In this document: positions 1 through 9,782 of the stretch, one piece after another
How the letters are laid out: each line of letters opens with the position of its first letter
Position numbering within the stretch: the first letter of the stretch is position 1
Origin: Bacillota bacterium
GTDB lineage: Bacteria; Bacillota; Dethiobacteria; DTU022
Reading direction: 5' to 3'
NCBI GenBank assembly: GCA_011389985.1
Contig: JAABTH010000001.1
Coordinates: forward strand, 4,158 to 68,157
Length of the DNA: 64,000 nt
Notes under the pieces: generated by a model
The model's input: the letters and a program-made list of their open reading frames with translations, nothing else
The model's database searches: none
Told to the model about the DNA's origin: nothing
Position numbers and translations under genes: made by a program

Positions 1-336
1 CGCGCTAAACATCATTACAACCCCTATGGCCACTCGGAGCTGATGTTCATCCCAGGCTCCGAACAGGTAAATTCCTATGGGAAGGCCTGCTGCCAATCCT
101 GCTACTGGAGTCAACCAGTCTTTCCAATTAAATTTGTCTCGTACGCTCCAAAAGACACGCAGATTCGTGATAAAAACGACAATGGAGACTACAATGGAAG
201 CTGAACTTGCGTTGCGGAAGAAGGGGAGCACTCCCATTGTAATTTGACCTGTGCCGAAACCGGTAATGCCGTGCACTATAGTCGCAATCAGAACAACAAG
301 AGCCGACCACAGTGTTACAATCCAATCTATGTCCAT
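1..336 (-). CDS. TauE/SafE family sulfite exporter (3' end runs off window; not in ORF track)
   Basis: Manual translation from ATG at 336: MDIDWIVTLWSALVVLIATIVHGITGFGTGQITMGVLPFF...GLAAGLPIGIYLF; the 'GITGFG' and 'GLPIG' motifs are typical of TauE; open to position 1. Confidence 0.8.
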   Translation of the reverse strand, partial: MDIDWIVTLWSALVVLIATIVHGITGFGTGQITMGVLPFFRNASSASIVVSIVVFITNLRVFWSVRDKFNWKDWLTPVAGLAAGLPIGIYLFGAWDEHQLRVAIGVVMMFSA

Positions 337-350
337 ATTTGTTCTCCATC

Positions 351-1805
351 CTATACCGCGACGAACGTGTTCCGAAGTTCTGCGCGCAGCGGGTGGTGTT
401 TGGATAGATATGATTTCAGTGCCTCTACGCTTCGCTCATTGTGCTGTTGGCGGTTGCGCCCGTACTTGTCCGCGACGCCCTGTGTGGTAATAAAAGTCGT
501 GGGGTAATAGCGCCCGGGTTGCAGCTCTTCATCACCGATAAAAATTTGTTGCACGCGTTGCCCTGGAGGGTTCTCAATCTTGATGTAGGCGTTGAAACCA
601 AGACTGCGTTTGACGTAACCGCCCATTTGGTTGTACGGATCGCGGGCAAATGTTCGTTCCAGATTTTCCTCCAGCATCGCGACAATTTCCTCGCCCATCA
701 ACTCGACCGTTGAGATCGGCGGGTTCATTGGGGTCATGTTGTAGAGGTCATTCAACGTGACCTCCCCGGGAATTACCGGTGCGCCATAGCGCCATCCATT
801 CGAGAATGCCAATTGTGCGCCCGTGCTTTCCAGCAAAGACTGCAGTAGGAAATTATCCATTGTTGTTTCCAACGTAGTGCCTCGATTGAGGGCCGTTGCT
901 GTTTCACCTACAACTGTTGATAAGTCCTCTTGATAGGGCGCGATTGCTTGGTGCACGAGGTCATCAACTTCGGGATCAGGATTTATCTTGGCTTCTACCT
1001 CAATCAGTTGGTGGCGGTAGTCAACGACATGACCTTCTCCATCAATTTCTAGATCCAGGCGGCCCAGGAAAGATCCATGGCAGCCTGACTGTATGACCAA
1101 TGTTTTCTCTTGGATGGCTGGTTTAAAGAGCCGATTATGGGTGTGCCCACTCAGACACACATCAATACCTTGCACTTCCGACAATAGCTTCATGTCCTGA
1201 GAAAATCCGAGGTGTGAGATGAGGACGATCAGGTCTACCTTCTCCTTGGTGCGAAGATCATTAATAATGGAAGGGAGTTCTTCTCGCCCAAGGGTGAATT
1301 CCAGACCTTTGCTGAAGGAGGGCGGCATGGTTTTGTCTATAATGTTGGAGGCAATGCCCACCAGGCCGATCCGTAACCCGCCGATTTCCTTCAAGCTGTA
1401 CGGTGGGAAAAACCGCTTTTTTGTCGTTTGATCGTAAACATTGATCGCAAGCATCGGATAGCTGAGCTCCGTTGCGCGCTGTTTGAAGATCTCGGGACCA
1501 TAAGCAAACTCCCAGTGGGCTGTCATCGCGTCGAGACCCAATGTATTTAGAACAGGGATCAATGCCTGACCCTGTGTTTTTAGGGCGGGATAAGTGCCGT
1601 GGAGAGTATCGCCGCAATCGCAAAAGAGTACATGTCCCTTGTTCGCAGCCCGAATTTGTTTTACGAGTGTGGCAATGCGGGCATATCCTCCCGCAGGGCG
1701 ATAGACTGCCTGACCACCTTGCCAGAACATCTCCTGGTGTAGATTAAAATAGGCATGGCTGTCATTTAGTTGAATGATTGTGAGTGAACTTCTGTGTTTT
1801 TTCAT
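351..1805 (-). CDS. SoxB-like bifunctional metallophosphatase/5'-nucleotidase family protein (no signal peptide)
   Basis: Motifs LNDSH, DCGDTLHG, MTAHWEF (SoxB-type HWEF rather than UshA-type GNHEF), ISHLG, SGHTH; C-terminal 5'-nucleotidase domain. Confidence 0.8.
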   Translation of the reverse strand: MKKHRSSLTIIQLNDSHAYFNLHQEMFWQGGQAVYRPAGGYARIATLVKQIRAANKGHVLFCDCGDTLHGTYPALKTQGQALIPVLNTLGLDAMTAHWEFAYGPEIFKQRATELSYPMLAINVYDQTTKKRFFPPYSLKEIGGLRIGLVGIASNIIDKTMPPSFSKGLEFTLGREELPSIINDLRTKEKVDLIVLISHLGFSQDMKLLSEVQGIDVCLSGHTHNRLFKPAIQEKTLVIQSGCHGSFLGRLDLEIDGEGHVVDYRHQLIEVEAKINPDPEVDDLVHQAIAPYQEDLSTVVGETATALNRGTTLETTMDNFLLQSLLESTGAQLAFSNGWRYGAPVIPGEVTLNDLYNMTPMNPPISTVELMGEEIVAMLEENLERTFARDPYNQMGGYVKRSLGFNAYIKIENPPGQRVQQIFIGDEELQPGRYYPTTFITTQGVADKYGRNRQQHNERSVEALKSYLSKHHPLRAELRNTFVAV

Positions 1806-2065
1806 AGAAAAAGGCCTCCATTCATTTTATTCCATCAGCGGTTGAAACATCATGATATATGGATCCCTGATCAGTTTAGCCATAACCCCGTTGTTATTGA
1901 TCTTCTTTATACATGCAGGGTTTCTTCTATTAATACTGGGGTGAGCATAAAGCTGCCCAGTGCGCAAGCATCAACTTGGTTCAAATCCCTTCGTTTTTCT
2001 GCATTAATAATGAGGCCATCATTTGCTGATTGCGAATGATGACCTCAATGTCGAAAAATCCAGTA

Positions 2066-2149
2066 TTATCTTCGATATCGACTATAACCAAACCCACCAA
2101 ATAATACAATTACGACAATCACAATGATTACAATTGTGGTAGTACTCAT
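2066..2149 (-). CDS. 27-aa single-pass membrane peptide (MSTTTIVIIVIVVIVLFGGFGYSRYRR)
   Basis: ATG 2149 with upstream AAAAAGGGAG RBS, TAA at 2066-2068; hydrophobic stretch plus FGG..YxRxR tail; below the ORF-track cut-off. Confidence 0.6.
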   Translation of the reverse strand: MSTTTIVIIVIVVIVLFGGFGYSRYRR

Positions 2150-2345
2150 TTGATTATCTCCCCTTTTTGTATCGTGATTAGACGTCATTATGAAATTTGC
2201 TGAGAAATCTATTAGCAATTTTTCACTATTTTTGATCTTTACGCAGCGATGTGACGGTGTAGATTTTGGCTGTGCCCTACAACCGTGACTCCCTCGGTCA
2301 GCCGTTTATTTTTGGAATTGCTGATCGAGGGTTGCTATTTATTTT

Positions 2346-2612
2346 CTATTCACCACTACGGCTCCCGCTCCGTCCTACCAGGAACACAAGCAGGATAATG
2401 ACCACAAGCAGTAGTATACCCAGGATCCAGATAGTGGTGCCTTCAAAAAAGCCACTACCTTCTTCAGTTATTTGTATTTCAACATCAGGAACTTCAGGAA
2501 GGGGATCGTCATCCTGGCCTAAGGCGATTCCGGGAATTAACATAAGCAATATAAGAGCCACAATAATTATGGCTGTAAAACGCAGATTACCACGCAATAA
2601 TGAGGCGGACAT
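2346..2612 (-). CDS. Hypothetical protein with signal-like N-terminus, acidic linker and C-terminal TM helix
   Basis: ORF track; AAAGGAG RBS; two hydrophobic segments. Confidence 0.65.
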   Translation of the reverse strand: MSASLLRGNLRFTAIIIVALILLMLIPGIALGQDDDPLPEVPDVEIQITEEGSGFFEGTTIWILGILLLVVIILLVFLVGRSGSRSGE

Positions 2613-2796
2613 AATTTATGTCTCCTTTCTTTTGGTAAACGTTGCTCAGTCTTAAAGCATGTGCCGATAATGCTGATAATAGAATAGTTATGAAGATAAT
2701 TGTTGTGATTTCAATTGCAACTCCTGCTATTGTGGTAAAGCCCAACAATCCGGAACTAATAGCAATGGCCAAAAATTTCAATGCTCATCTTGGCAT
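2587..2796 (-). pseudogene. DUF1328-family small membrane protein, TGA at codon 4
   Basis: ATG 2796 after AAAGGAGAG: MPR*ALKFLAIAISSGLLGFTTIAGVAIEITTIIF, resembling the DUF1328 pattern MLRWALIFL..GF..IAG. Confidence 0.55.
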
Positions 2797-3077
2797 TACT
2801 GATTCTCTCCTTTCAGCATTGAATATTATGATTCATCAAAGGTAACGTAAAGTAGATCCGTTACTTAAGGATAAGATATCCTACATTAATAGTATTAAAC
2901 AGAATGCTTATAAATCTATTAGCAAATTGCTCAATTTTAAGAGTATATGGGGACTTTGCTTATAGAATTCTGCGCATCCTTATTGATACTATAAATAATA
3001 AGATAAAATTTAATTTTACCATAATTATACAGTTTTTGTCAGAGACAATAACTGTTAAGAAAAGGAGGCTTACTCTT

Positions 3078-3221
3078 ATGCTGCCAGAAGGCGGTTTACT
3101 AATCGGAATAATCACTGTAATATTTGGGATTATCGTCATGATTTTCCCCAAGATCATTAACTATATCATCGGTATCTATCTTATCATTATCGGAATCCTG
3201 GGTATTTTGCAATCTATGTAA
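3078..3221 (+). CDS. DUF3096-family small membrane protein
   Basis: AAAGGAGG RBS, then MLPEGGLLIGIITVIFGIIVMIFPKIINYIIGIYLIIIGILGI; 'P++LNYI+++YLI' pattern. Confidence 0.7.
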   Translation: MLPEGGLLIGIITVIFGIIVMIFPKIINYIIGIYLIIIGILGILQSM

Positions 3222-3311
3222 CGATAACGATAATGCTTATGCGAGCCGGTGGATCTGCTCATGATCATAAAGTAGTTAACTTTTAGCAACGAAATAGGAG
3301 GAGGCGATATC

Positions 3312-3512
3312 GTGAACGAAGATATGGTCCAAGGAAAGTGGAACGAGCTGAAAGGCGAGGCCAAAAAAAAATGGGGAAAACTGACTGATAATGACCTGAT
3401 GATACAATCAGGGCACAAGGAAAAAATAGTCGGAACTCTACAGACGAAATACGGATATTCGAAAGAAAAGGCAGAGGAAGAATACAAGTCATTTCTTGAC
3501 AAGCATAAATAG
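3312..3512 (+). CDS. csbD: CsbD/YjbJ family general stress protein
   Basis: MNEDMVQGKWNELKGEAKKKWGKLTDNDL...QTKYG signature. Confidence 0.9.
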   Translation: MNEDMVQGKWNELKGEAKKKWGKLTDNDLMIQSGHKEKIVGTLQTKYGYSKEKAEEEYKSFLDKHK

Positions 3513-3662
3513 CTGTTTAATGATAAGCCCTGTCTTCCTGAAAGTGCCTGATCAATGCCGCCTTGGCAGTAAGTTCATCTTCATTCAGACGAGGGATGCC
3601 AAGTATGCTGTAGAGCACATTTTCTCCGGTTCAGTATAAGCTTTCCTTAAAGTTGTAGTTTT

Positions 3663-3702
3663 CCTGCATATGGTATATACTGTGATATATATTATATGCA
3701 GG
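3663..3702. promoter_or_regulatory. Inverted-repeat operator upstream of vapBC
   Basis: CCTGCATATGGTATATA...TATATATTATATGCAGG, 17-bp arms with 2 mismatches, ending at the vapB RBS. Confidence 0.65.
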
Positions 3703-3714
3703 AGTGTGATCATT

Positions 3715-3942
3715 ATGGATAGTGCTAAGCTTTTTTACAACGGCCGCAGCCAGGCGGTGCGCTTGCCCCGGGAATATCGCTTCGAGGGCGAAGAAGTGTA
3801 CATTAAAAAAATTGGCAGTGCGGTTGTTTTGATGCCTAAAAAGAAGGTTTGGGAAGTGCATGAAGCCGGGTTGGATTACTTCAGCGATGATTATATGGAA
3901 AATAGGAAACAACCTGACCTGAAAAAGAGGGATGACTTATGA
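3715..3942 (+). CDS. vapB: VapB antitoxin (AbrB/MazE fold)
   Basis: [23 protein letters not shown] signature; overlaps the vapC start (ATGA). Confidence 0.9.
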   Translation: MDSAKLFYNGRSQAVRLPREYRFEGEEVYIKKIGSAVVLMPKKKVWEVHEAGLDYFSDDYMENRKQPDLKKRDDL

Positions 3943-4343
3943 TCAGGTATCTGCTTGATACGAATATATGTATTTACCTGATTAAAGAAAAAGACCCTGC
4001 TTTGAAGCTGAAACTTTATAAAAAAGGGATTGGATGCTGCGCCATATCTGCCATTACCCTAGCGGAGTTAGCTTATGGGATAGAAAAAAGCAGTAAGGTG
4101 GAGCAAAATAAATTGGCGCTAGGTTTATTTCTTGCCCCTTTTGAGCTATTGTCTTTTCCAACGGATGCCGCCTTAACCTACGGAAGTATAAGGCAGCAAC
4201 TTGAACAGCGTGGGGAAATAATTGGGGGTTATGATCTGCTTATTGCAGCTCATGCTTTATCGGAAAGTTTAACTTTAGTGACCAATAATGTAGCTGAGTT
4301 TTCAAGGGTGGATGGCCTGCCTGTCGAAAACTGGAGTAACTGA
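3939..4343 (+). CDS. vapC: VapC PIN-domain toxin
   Basis: [29 protein letters not shown]. Confidence 0.95.
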   Translation: MIRYLLDTNICIYLIKEKDPALKLKLYKKGIGCCAISAITLAELAYGIEKSSKVEQNKLALGLFLAPFELLSFPTDAALTYGSIRQQLEQRGEIIGGYDLLIAAHALSESLTLVTNNVAEFSRVDGLPVENWSN

Positions 4344-4352
4344 AACTATTAG

Positions 4353-4379
4353 AACACAGAGGGACGGTTCTTATGTGTT
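4353..4379 (+). repeat. REP-like hairpin repeat R1
   Basis: AACACAGAGGGACGGTTCTTATGTGTT, 9 nt after the vapC stop. Confidence 0.85.
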
Positions 4380-4847
4380 ATTAATTATGTAATTCTACAT
4401 AAACCAGCCTTCTGCAGGCACCAGGGACACAATAGTTATTTCTACGAGTTTCTGTCTGAGGTCATGCCCGCTTGGGAGGAAAAGCCCTTAAACTGAAGAA
4501 TTACAGATTATCGTTTTAAATGGCTAATCCTTGAGGATCAGAGGTTGAATGCCCCTGCCAAAAGAGATGTAGCACATTTTGCTGCCACCAATTTTAATTG
4601 ATTTTTCCTGCAGGTTGCCTAGCAATCTATTAAACATTTTCCATCACCCTTTAATATTTTGTAATGAGCACAGTTATAGTTAATTCGTTATTCTATTTGT
4701 ACGTTTTGCCTGCGTTTAAACGATCTTTAGAATTCAGGTGGGCCTCGTAAAAGTTTTGAAACCACTAGATGGGAAAAATGGTAAGATAGATTAAATGGGT
4801 GGTGCCGGCAGATGCCATCATCCGGTTGAAGAGCGAGGCGGGTTTTT

Positions 4848-5450
4848 TTGAAAGCAGTAGTTGTCAGGGGAAATAGAGGTAAAAAGCGCATTAAACAAGC
4901 TGAAGCGTACAGTGCCATACGGATGGGATCTTAATATCTACCGGGGTTGCCAGCACGGATGTCGTTACTGCTACACCCTCTATTCTCACCAATACCTTGG
5001 AACGGAGCAGTTTTCCAGAGAAATATTTGTGAAAAACAACATTGCCGAAAAGCTTGAAAAAGAGCTACAGGCACCGGGCTGGAAAGGCGACGTAATTAAC
5101 ATCGGCGGTGTAACCGACAGCTACCAACCGGCAGAGGCCGAGTACAGGCTGATGCCGCAAATACTGAAACTACTGACTAAATATAAAAACCCGGCCATTA
5201 TTTCGACTAAATCAGACCTGGTTTTAAGGGATTATGATCTAATTGATGAGTTGTCGAGGCTTACCTATATCAATATAGCGGCAACAATCACCACCGTTGA
5301 TGAGGCGGTTAGAGAAAAAACCGAGCCGAAAGCCGCAACTACTGCAAAGCGTTTTTCCTTGCTGAAATAGTTTAAAAAACAAATGCTTCCACCGGCTTGC
5401 ATTTAATGCCGGTTATACCTTTACTGACCGATTCTGCAGAAAATATAATT
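4848..5450 (+). pseudogene. Radical SAM protein (SplB/Rv2578c-like), disrupted
   Basis: CxxxCxxC ([12 protein letters not shown]), [16 protein letters not shown]; apparent frameshift in GGGG at 4867-70; TAG at 5368; similarity continues in another frame (NASTGLHLMPVIPLLTDS) and then stops. Confidence 0.8.
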
Positions 5451-5695
5451 ATTGTTGACTATCAATTCGTTTTATTCTCCCAGTGGAAACTCATGTAAAA
5501 GTTTTTCCAGTTCGTTAAGCTTAAAAGTTTGGGCCCTGTCTGAGTTAGGCAGTTGAAAAGCGATACTGTCATCTTCGCAATAAACCCAAAGTCAAAAGCT
5601 GAGGTGGCTGTTTCGATCATTTGACTGAAACGGAAGCTATCCAAGGGTAACAGCGGATTGGCCAGGATGTAGTCGATGTTTTGAGTAATAAAAAA

Positions 5696-6418
5696 CTATT
5701 TTAATAGCAATGATGCAATAATTGTCATACTTACCATCACTACATTGCTGATACTATGCATGATCATCGGGTAATAGACACTCCCGGATTTTTCATAGCA
5801 GTCCCCATAAAATATCCCCAGGGTGATTGATAAAAAAACCTGGTAAAGGCTAAAGTCAGCTTCAAAGGGAGCAAATGAAAACCTGACATGCGCCAAACCA
5901 AATATGATGGCCGCAATGATATTTGCATAACTTAACTTCTTCTTTAAAAATCTGCCCCGTATAACAAGCGCCAGCATTGTGATGGCAAAAGCTCTGAAAA
6001 TTAGTTCTTCAGACGGGCCCGACAACACTAGCTGGAAGCTTAATTGCCCTAAGATGTTAGTAAAAGTTAGTGGGTATTGAAATGGCTGGAACGTATTGGT
6101 CAGAAAGGCGATTATATGAGAAGCTAAAGAGCCTGCAGTAAAAATCAGGGCAAATAATAGAACATAATTCCTGCCCACTGCTTTATTGCCCCAACTAAAG
6201 CCAAAGTTTAGCGGCTTAAATTTGCTTATTACAGCAATAATGAGTAAGAAAATAAAAGCTTGCACCAGGTGATGAACTGCAATCCAGGCATATGATCCGT
6301 CCGGGTCGATTTTATGATAATTAACTAGATCGGCAATATTACCTGATAACCTGGGCACTCCCAGAAGGATAACTGCCAGGAACAAGATCCAGAGCGATTT
6401 CTTCAATATATGGCCCAT
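5696..6418 (-). CDS. CPBP/CAAX (Abi) family intramembrane metalloprotease
   Basis: EELIFRA, FGLAH, MHSISN motifs; multi-TM; GAGGTG RBS before ATG 6418. Confidence 0.9.
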   Translation of the reverse strand: MGHILKKSLWILFLAVILLGVPRLSGNIADLVNYHKIDPDGSYAWIAVHHLVQAFIFLLIIAVISKFKPLNFGFSWGNKAVGRNYVLLFALIFTAGSLASHIIAFLTNTFQPFQYPLTFTNILGQLSFQLVLSGPSEELIFRAFAITMLALVIRGRFLKKKLSYANIIAAIIFGLAHVRFSFAPFEADFSLYQVFLSITLGIFYGDCYEKSGSVYYPMIMHSISNVVMVSMTIIASLLLK

Positions 6419-6561
6419 ATATGCACCTCGTATCCTGATATCAGTAGTTTTCAATTAAGCATTCTTAAAAGGTTGTTGTGTTTTAGATCTTATCAAATTA
6501 CTGCCTGCCACATAAGATAATATATATGAAGCAGTCATGTCAATGCTTGTTTCGATCTTAG

Positions 6562-6629
6562 AACACAAGGGGACTGTTTAAAGTGTTGCAATAAATTGAT
6601 TAAGTCATCTATGCTGGTTACGAGACAAG
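6562..6629 (+). repeat. Degenerate REP-like repeat R2 plus 42-nt extension shared with R3
   Basis: AACACAAGGGGACTGTTTAAAGTGTT-GCAATAAATTGATTAAGTCATCTATGCTGGTTACGAGACAAG; direct repeat of 8236-8304. Confidence 0.8.
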
Positions 6630-6924
6630 AGGTAATCGAACAACAGTCTTTGGCATATAGGATGATCCTATGCTAAGAAGGGCAAAGTAAGAGACCAGTT
6701 CAGGCATTTACCATCTTGCGATAATTACCCTTAATTATTTCCAGGGCTGCAAATTTAAATATTACATTTTTATCATTTATCAGCAGATAAGTGACAAATC
6801 CGCGGCCGCTGTTGGTCTCAGGATGTATATCCGGAAACAGTGACGAAAAATCAGGGCCTGCCATGACAACCTGGTTAAACTTAAAATAGATTTATTATAA
6901 ATGAGTGTAAATTCGCCAGCATAG

Positions 6925-6954
6925 AAAAAGGCTGCCGGCATATTGCCAGCAGCC
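6925..6954 (-). terminator. Intrinsic terminator of the encapsulin operon
   Basis: GGCTGCCGGCA-TAT-TGCCAGCAGCC stem preceded by an A5 tract (U-tract on minus), just past the encapsulin stop. Confidence 0.75.
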
Positions 6955-6963
6955 CTATCTCCT

Positions 6964-7755
6964 TTAGATAGTAAATTTAACTATCAGGGCCGGGTCGAGA
7001 ACCCTGAAAGTGAAAGATTCTGTAATATGCAGCCTGACTTCCTTTGCATCATGGTCCTGATAGCCGATCGAAAAATCGATGCCCAGGTTTAATTCCAGGT
7101 CTTCGTGATCAAAAGGCAATAGTAAGGCGCCTTCTAAGGCGGGTGAGAACAGAATATCACCTTCGATTAATTCTGTTATCTGCTTGTAGAGAGGGTAAGC
7201 CCCAGCTTCATGGTTGATTTGATGCCAAACTTTTTCTCCGGCAACCAGGGAGAGCGGCGTAGGTACAAAGTTATCCTGTAGAGTAAGAACACCATCTGTG
7301 AGAGCATCCATTATTGAAGAAGCGTCCTGTCCGAATTCCAGGTTCTTGTCGGCCATTTCAACTAGACCTTCAATATTACCTTTTGCATAGCCATTAAATA
7401 TAGCATTCTCTTCAAACAGGGCTGCTTTCCGGGTTGCTTCTTCCAGCGGACCCAGATCTACATCCCGGGCGCCCCGGGTTAAATTGTCCATCTCCCAGCG
7501 GTTAAGGACAAATTCACATCTGGTTTCAACTAAAGGCTGGACTTTATACAGGCCAGTACAGAGCTCTTCCGATTCTTTCTCCAGAACCGTCAGCCGCCCT
7601 TCAGGTATTACAGTATGGTTCAATCCCTTGGGGCCTTCCACATGTACGATTTTACGGGCGGTAAGAATGCTTTTCAAAACTTCTTTTGCTCTTTCATCTA
7701 TCCCATGCCAGGCTTCTTCCGTTAAAGGAGCCAGTTGGCGTTTAAGAAAATCCAT
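6964..7755 (-). CDS. Family 1 encapsulin shell protein (Linocin M18)
   Basis: MDFLKRQLAPLTEEAW..IDE, EGP.G, FEENAIFNG, DFSIGY, ESFTFRV; 263 aa. Confidence 0.95.
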   Translation of the reverse strand: MDFLKRQLAPLTEEAWHGIDERAKEVLKSILTARKIVHVEGPKGLNHTVIPEGRLTVLEKESEELCTGLYKVQPLVETRCEFVLNRWEMDNLTRGARDVDLGPLEEATRKAALFEENAIFNGYAKGNIEGLVEMADKNLEFGQDASSIMDALTDGVLTLQDNFVPTPLSLVAGEKVWHQINHEAGAYPLYKQITELIEGDILFSPALEGALLLPFDHEDLELNLGIDFSIGYQDHDAKEVRLHITESFTFRVLDPALIVKFTI

Positions 7756-7769
7756 TGCAATTCCTCCTC

Positions 7770-8123
7770 TTATTTTTTCATGTTGCCCAGGTTCAGGCTC
7801 CCCGGGGTAACGGGGTTTTGATCATTGTCTTCATTGACCTCTTCAGAGTGGCCGATGGGCCCTTCTGTAAAAAGATTTTCTTGAAGCTCTTTCTCCCAAC
7901 CGGGCATATTTCTTCTAAGCCATTCCAAAACCATGCAGACATGCTCAATCTCTTCGTCGCGGTTATGCTTCAGAACTTCTTTAAGGGTATCATCATCGGT
8001 GGTGTCTATTCTCTGGTGATACCAGATTACCGCTTCTACTTCTTCCTTGAGGCTGTGAAGGGCACGAACGAAATCTCTTGCTTCAGTGCTCAGCTGTTCT
8101 GTTGGTTCTATATAGTTGGACAC
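7770..8123 (-). CDS. Encapsulated ferritin-like protein (Flp/EncFtn) with C-terminal targeting peptide
   Basis: SLKEEVEAVIWYHQR, HNRDEEIEH ferroxidase motifs; C-terminal GSLNLGNMKK resembles the GSLGIGSL-type cargo peptide. Confidence 0.95.
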   Translation of the reverse strand: MSNYIEPTEQLSTEARDFVRALHSLKEEVEAVIWYHQRIDTTDDDTLKEVLKHNRDEEIEHVCMVLEWLRRNMPGWEKELQENLFTEGPIGHSEEVNEDNDQNPVTPGSLNLGNMKK

Positions 8124-8235
8124 TTGAGTACCTCCTTATGTAAGTGATTTATACTCATATAATAAGCATATATCAGCAGTGTAATTAGGTCAAGCTAAAG
8201 GCAGAATATAGAGAATATTTTGGCCATACTTTAAC

Positions 8236-8304
8236 AACACAGGGGGACGGTTCTTTTGTGTTGCAATAAATTAATAAAGCCATCTATGCTGGTTATGAGA
8301 TAAG
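8236..8304 (+). repeat. REP-like repeat R3 plus extension shared with R2
   Basis: AACACAGGGGGACGGTTCTTTTGTGTT (identical to R5) followed by GCAATAAATTAATAAAGCCATCTATGCTGGTTATGAGATAAG. Confidence 0.9.
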
Positions 8305-8711
8305 GAGTAGAGCTTTGAGTGATTGCACCATATAACCCTATAAGACATTATACAAACTCGCATTGCTGCCCAAAAGAGAATAAGTGCCTCGAAAATAGCG
8401 AACGGAAAAAGTTCTGCAGGCATCAGATAATCGAATAAAAGCCAGCGGGAAGCAACAAATCTGATTATAGTGAAGGCAAAGGTAGCGGACAATTGGTATT
8501 GATGCAAGTACAGTTCCGCCAGCAGCTAAAACACTTGTAAAAGCTTTATTACTCGTCAGAGAAACATCCTTGCACCTGCACGTTTATCAAGGTTTAAAAA
8601 CCATTATACTCTTTTTCATTTCCCGGCTTCCTAACTAAGGTTTAATCACTTTAATTCCGGGGATACCAAAATATCTTTGAATAGATCTAATATGTACAAG
8701 AGAATCGGATT

Positions 8712-9545
8712 TTAATAATCGCTTTCTGTTTGTGGTTTCATATAAATTAGATCACTGCTATTAACTTCAGGATGGTGATAGCGCATGACCCTAATCTTTC
8801 CTGTGCCAAGCTGAATCGCCTCCTGGGGGCACCACTGAATACAGGCAAAGCAGCTCAAGCAGTTGTTACCCCAGACCGGTTGACTATTATTTATGGTAAC
8901 ATTGTTAACCGGGCAGACTTTGCTGCAGGTTTCGCAACCCGAGCAGCGATCATTAACAGTAAAGGCCAGTGATTCCCATCCGTGCCTGACGGCATGCAGC
9001 AAAAGCGAGCTTACTGGCTTGATCACTTTAAAAAAGAGGCCGCGTAAGAGTAAAACTGAAATCAAAGTTTCAATTTCGACAGGTATAATTTGACGGTTGT
9101 TAATTACCGCTGCTATCTTGCTAACTCGAATTTTCCCCTCAGTAAGAGCTTTTTCCCTGTCAGCATTAGAAAAGCTGATATTGCCGACGGCATTATGAGG
9201 CATCATCACCGCAAAACCGGCATGTATTTTATAGCCCTTTACAGCCAGTTCATGCTGCAATTTCTCCAAACACTTCAAAGGACTAATACCATAGGTGCAG
9301 AGTGCAAAGAGGTATTTATTTTCCAACCCTTCAAATTTCGTGATAAACTCTTCTATAATCTTAGGCGTTTTAAAATCATAAACGGGAAAAACCAAGCCTA
9401 TAGCTTCGGCTTGGCTATTAATCGTTTTAGCTTTAATTAAAGGGGCCAATGGTTTAAGCCGTGCGCCGGTTATTAAGGCAAGATCTCTGGCTAAAGCAAG
9501 CGAATTGCCTGTTCCTGAAAACCAGTATATCTCCATGTTGCTCAA
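8712..9545 (-). CDS. EFR1-family ferredoxin (flavodoxin-like domain + 2x[4Fe-4S])
   Basis: YWFSGTGNS, FPVY, CSGCETCSKVCP, CLSCFACIQWCP. Confidence 0.9.
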   Translation of the reverse strand: MSNMEIYWFSGTGNSLALARDLALITGARLKPLAPLIKAKTINSQAEAIGLVFPVYDFKTPKIIEEFITKFEGLENKYLFALCTYGISPLKCLEKLQHELAVKGYKIHAGFAVMMPHNAVGNISFSNADREKALTEGKIRVSKIAAVINNRQIIPVEIETLISVLLLRGLFFKVIKPVSSLLLHAVRHGWESLAFTVNDRCSGCETCSKVCPVNNVTINNSQPVWGNNCLSCFACIQWCPQEAIQLGTGKIRVMRYHHPEVNSSDLIYMKPQTESDY

Positions 9546-9782
9546 AGGTAGTCATCCTTTCGTCGAGCCAGTTTATTCAGGTAAGCTTGATTTAATGCCC
9601 AGATAAGCAGGGCAAAGAGGGCAGCGGCAGAAATACCCTGGATTATTCGGACAACTTGTTTCTTGCTGGATAAGGGTGCGAAATTTAAGTTGCCTGATAT
9701 AAAGGCTTTGCTTAACACCAAGAGTTTATATAGTGACAGAATAAAAATAGTATGACATATCTTTAAGTCTCCGGTTTAATCA

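Noticed and set aside
128-349. 73-aa ORF from the track
   Set aside because: Alternate frame of the real TauE gene starting at 336.
5462-5690. Possible DNA methyltransferase remnant (IDYILANP on the minus strand)
   Set aside because: Only 8 residues resemble the DYILANPPF motif and the flanks do not extend the match.
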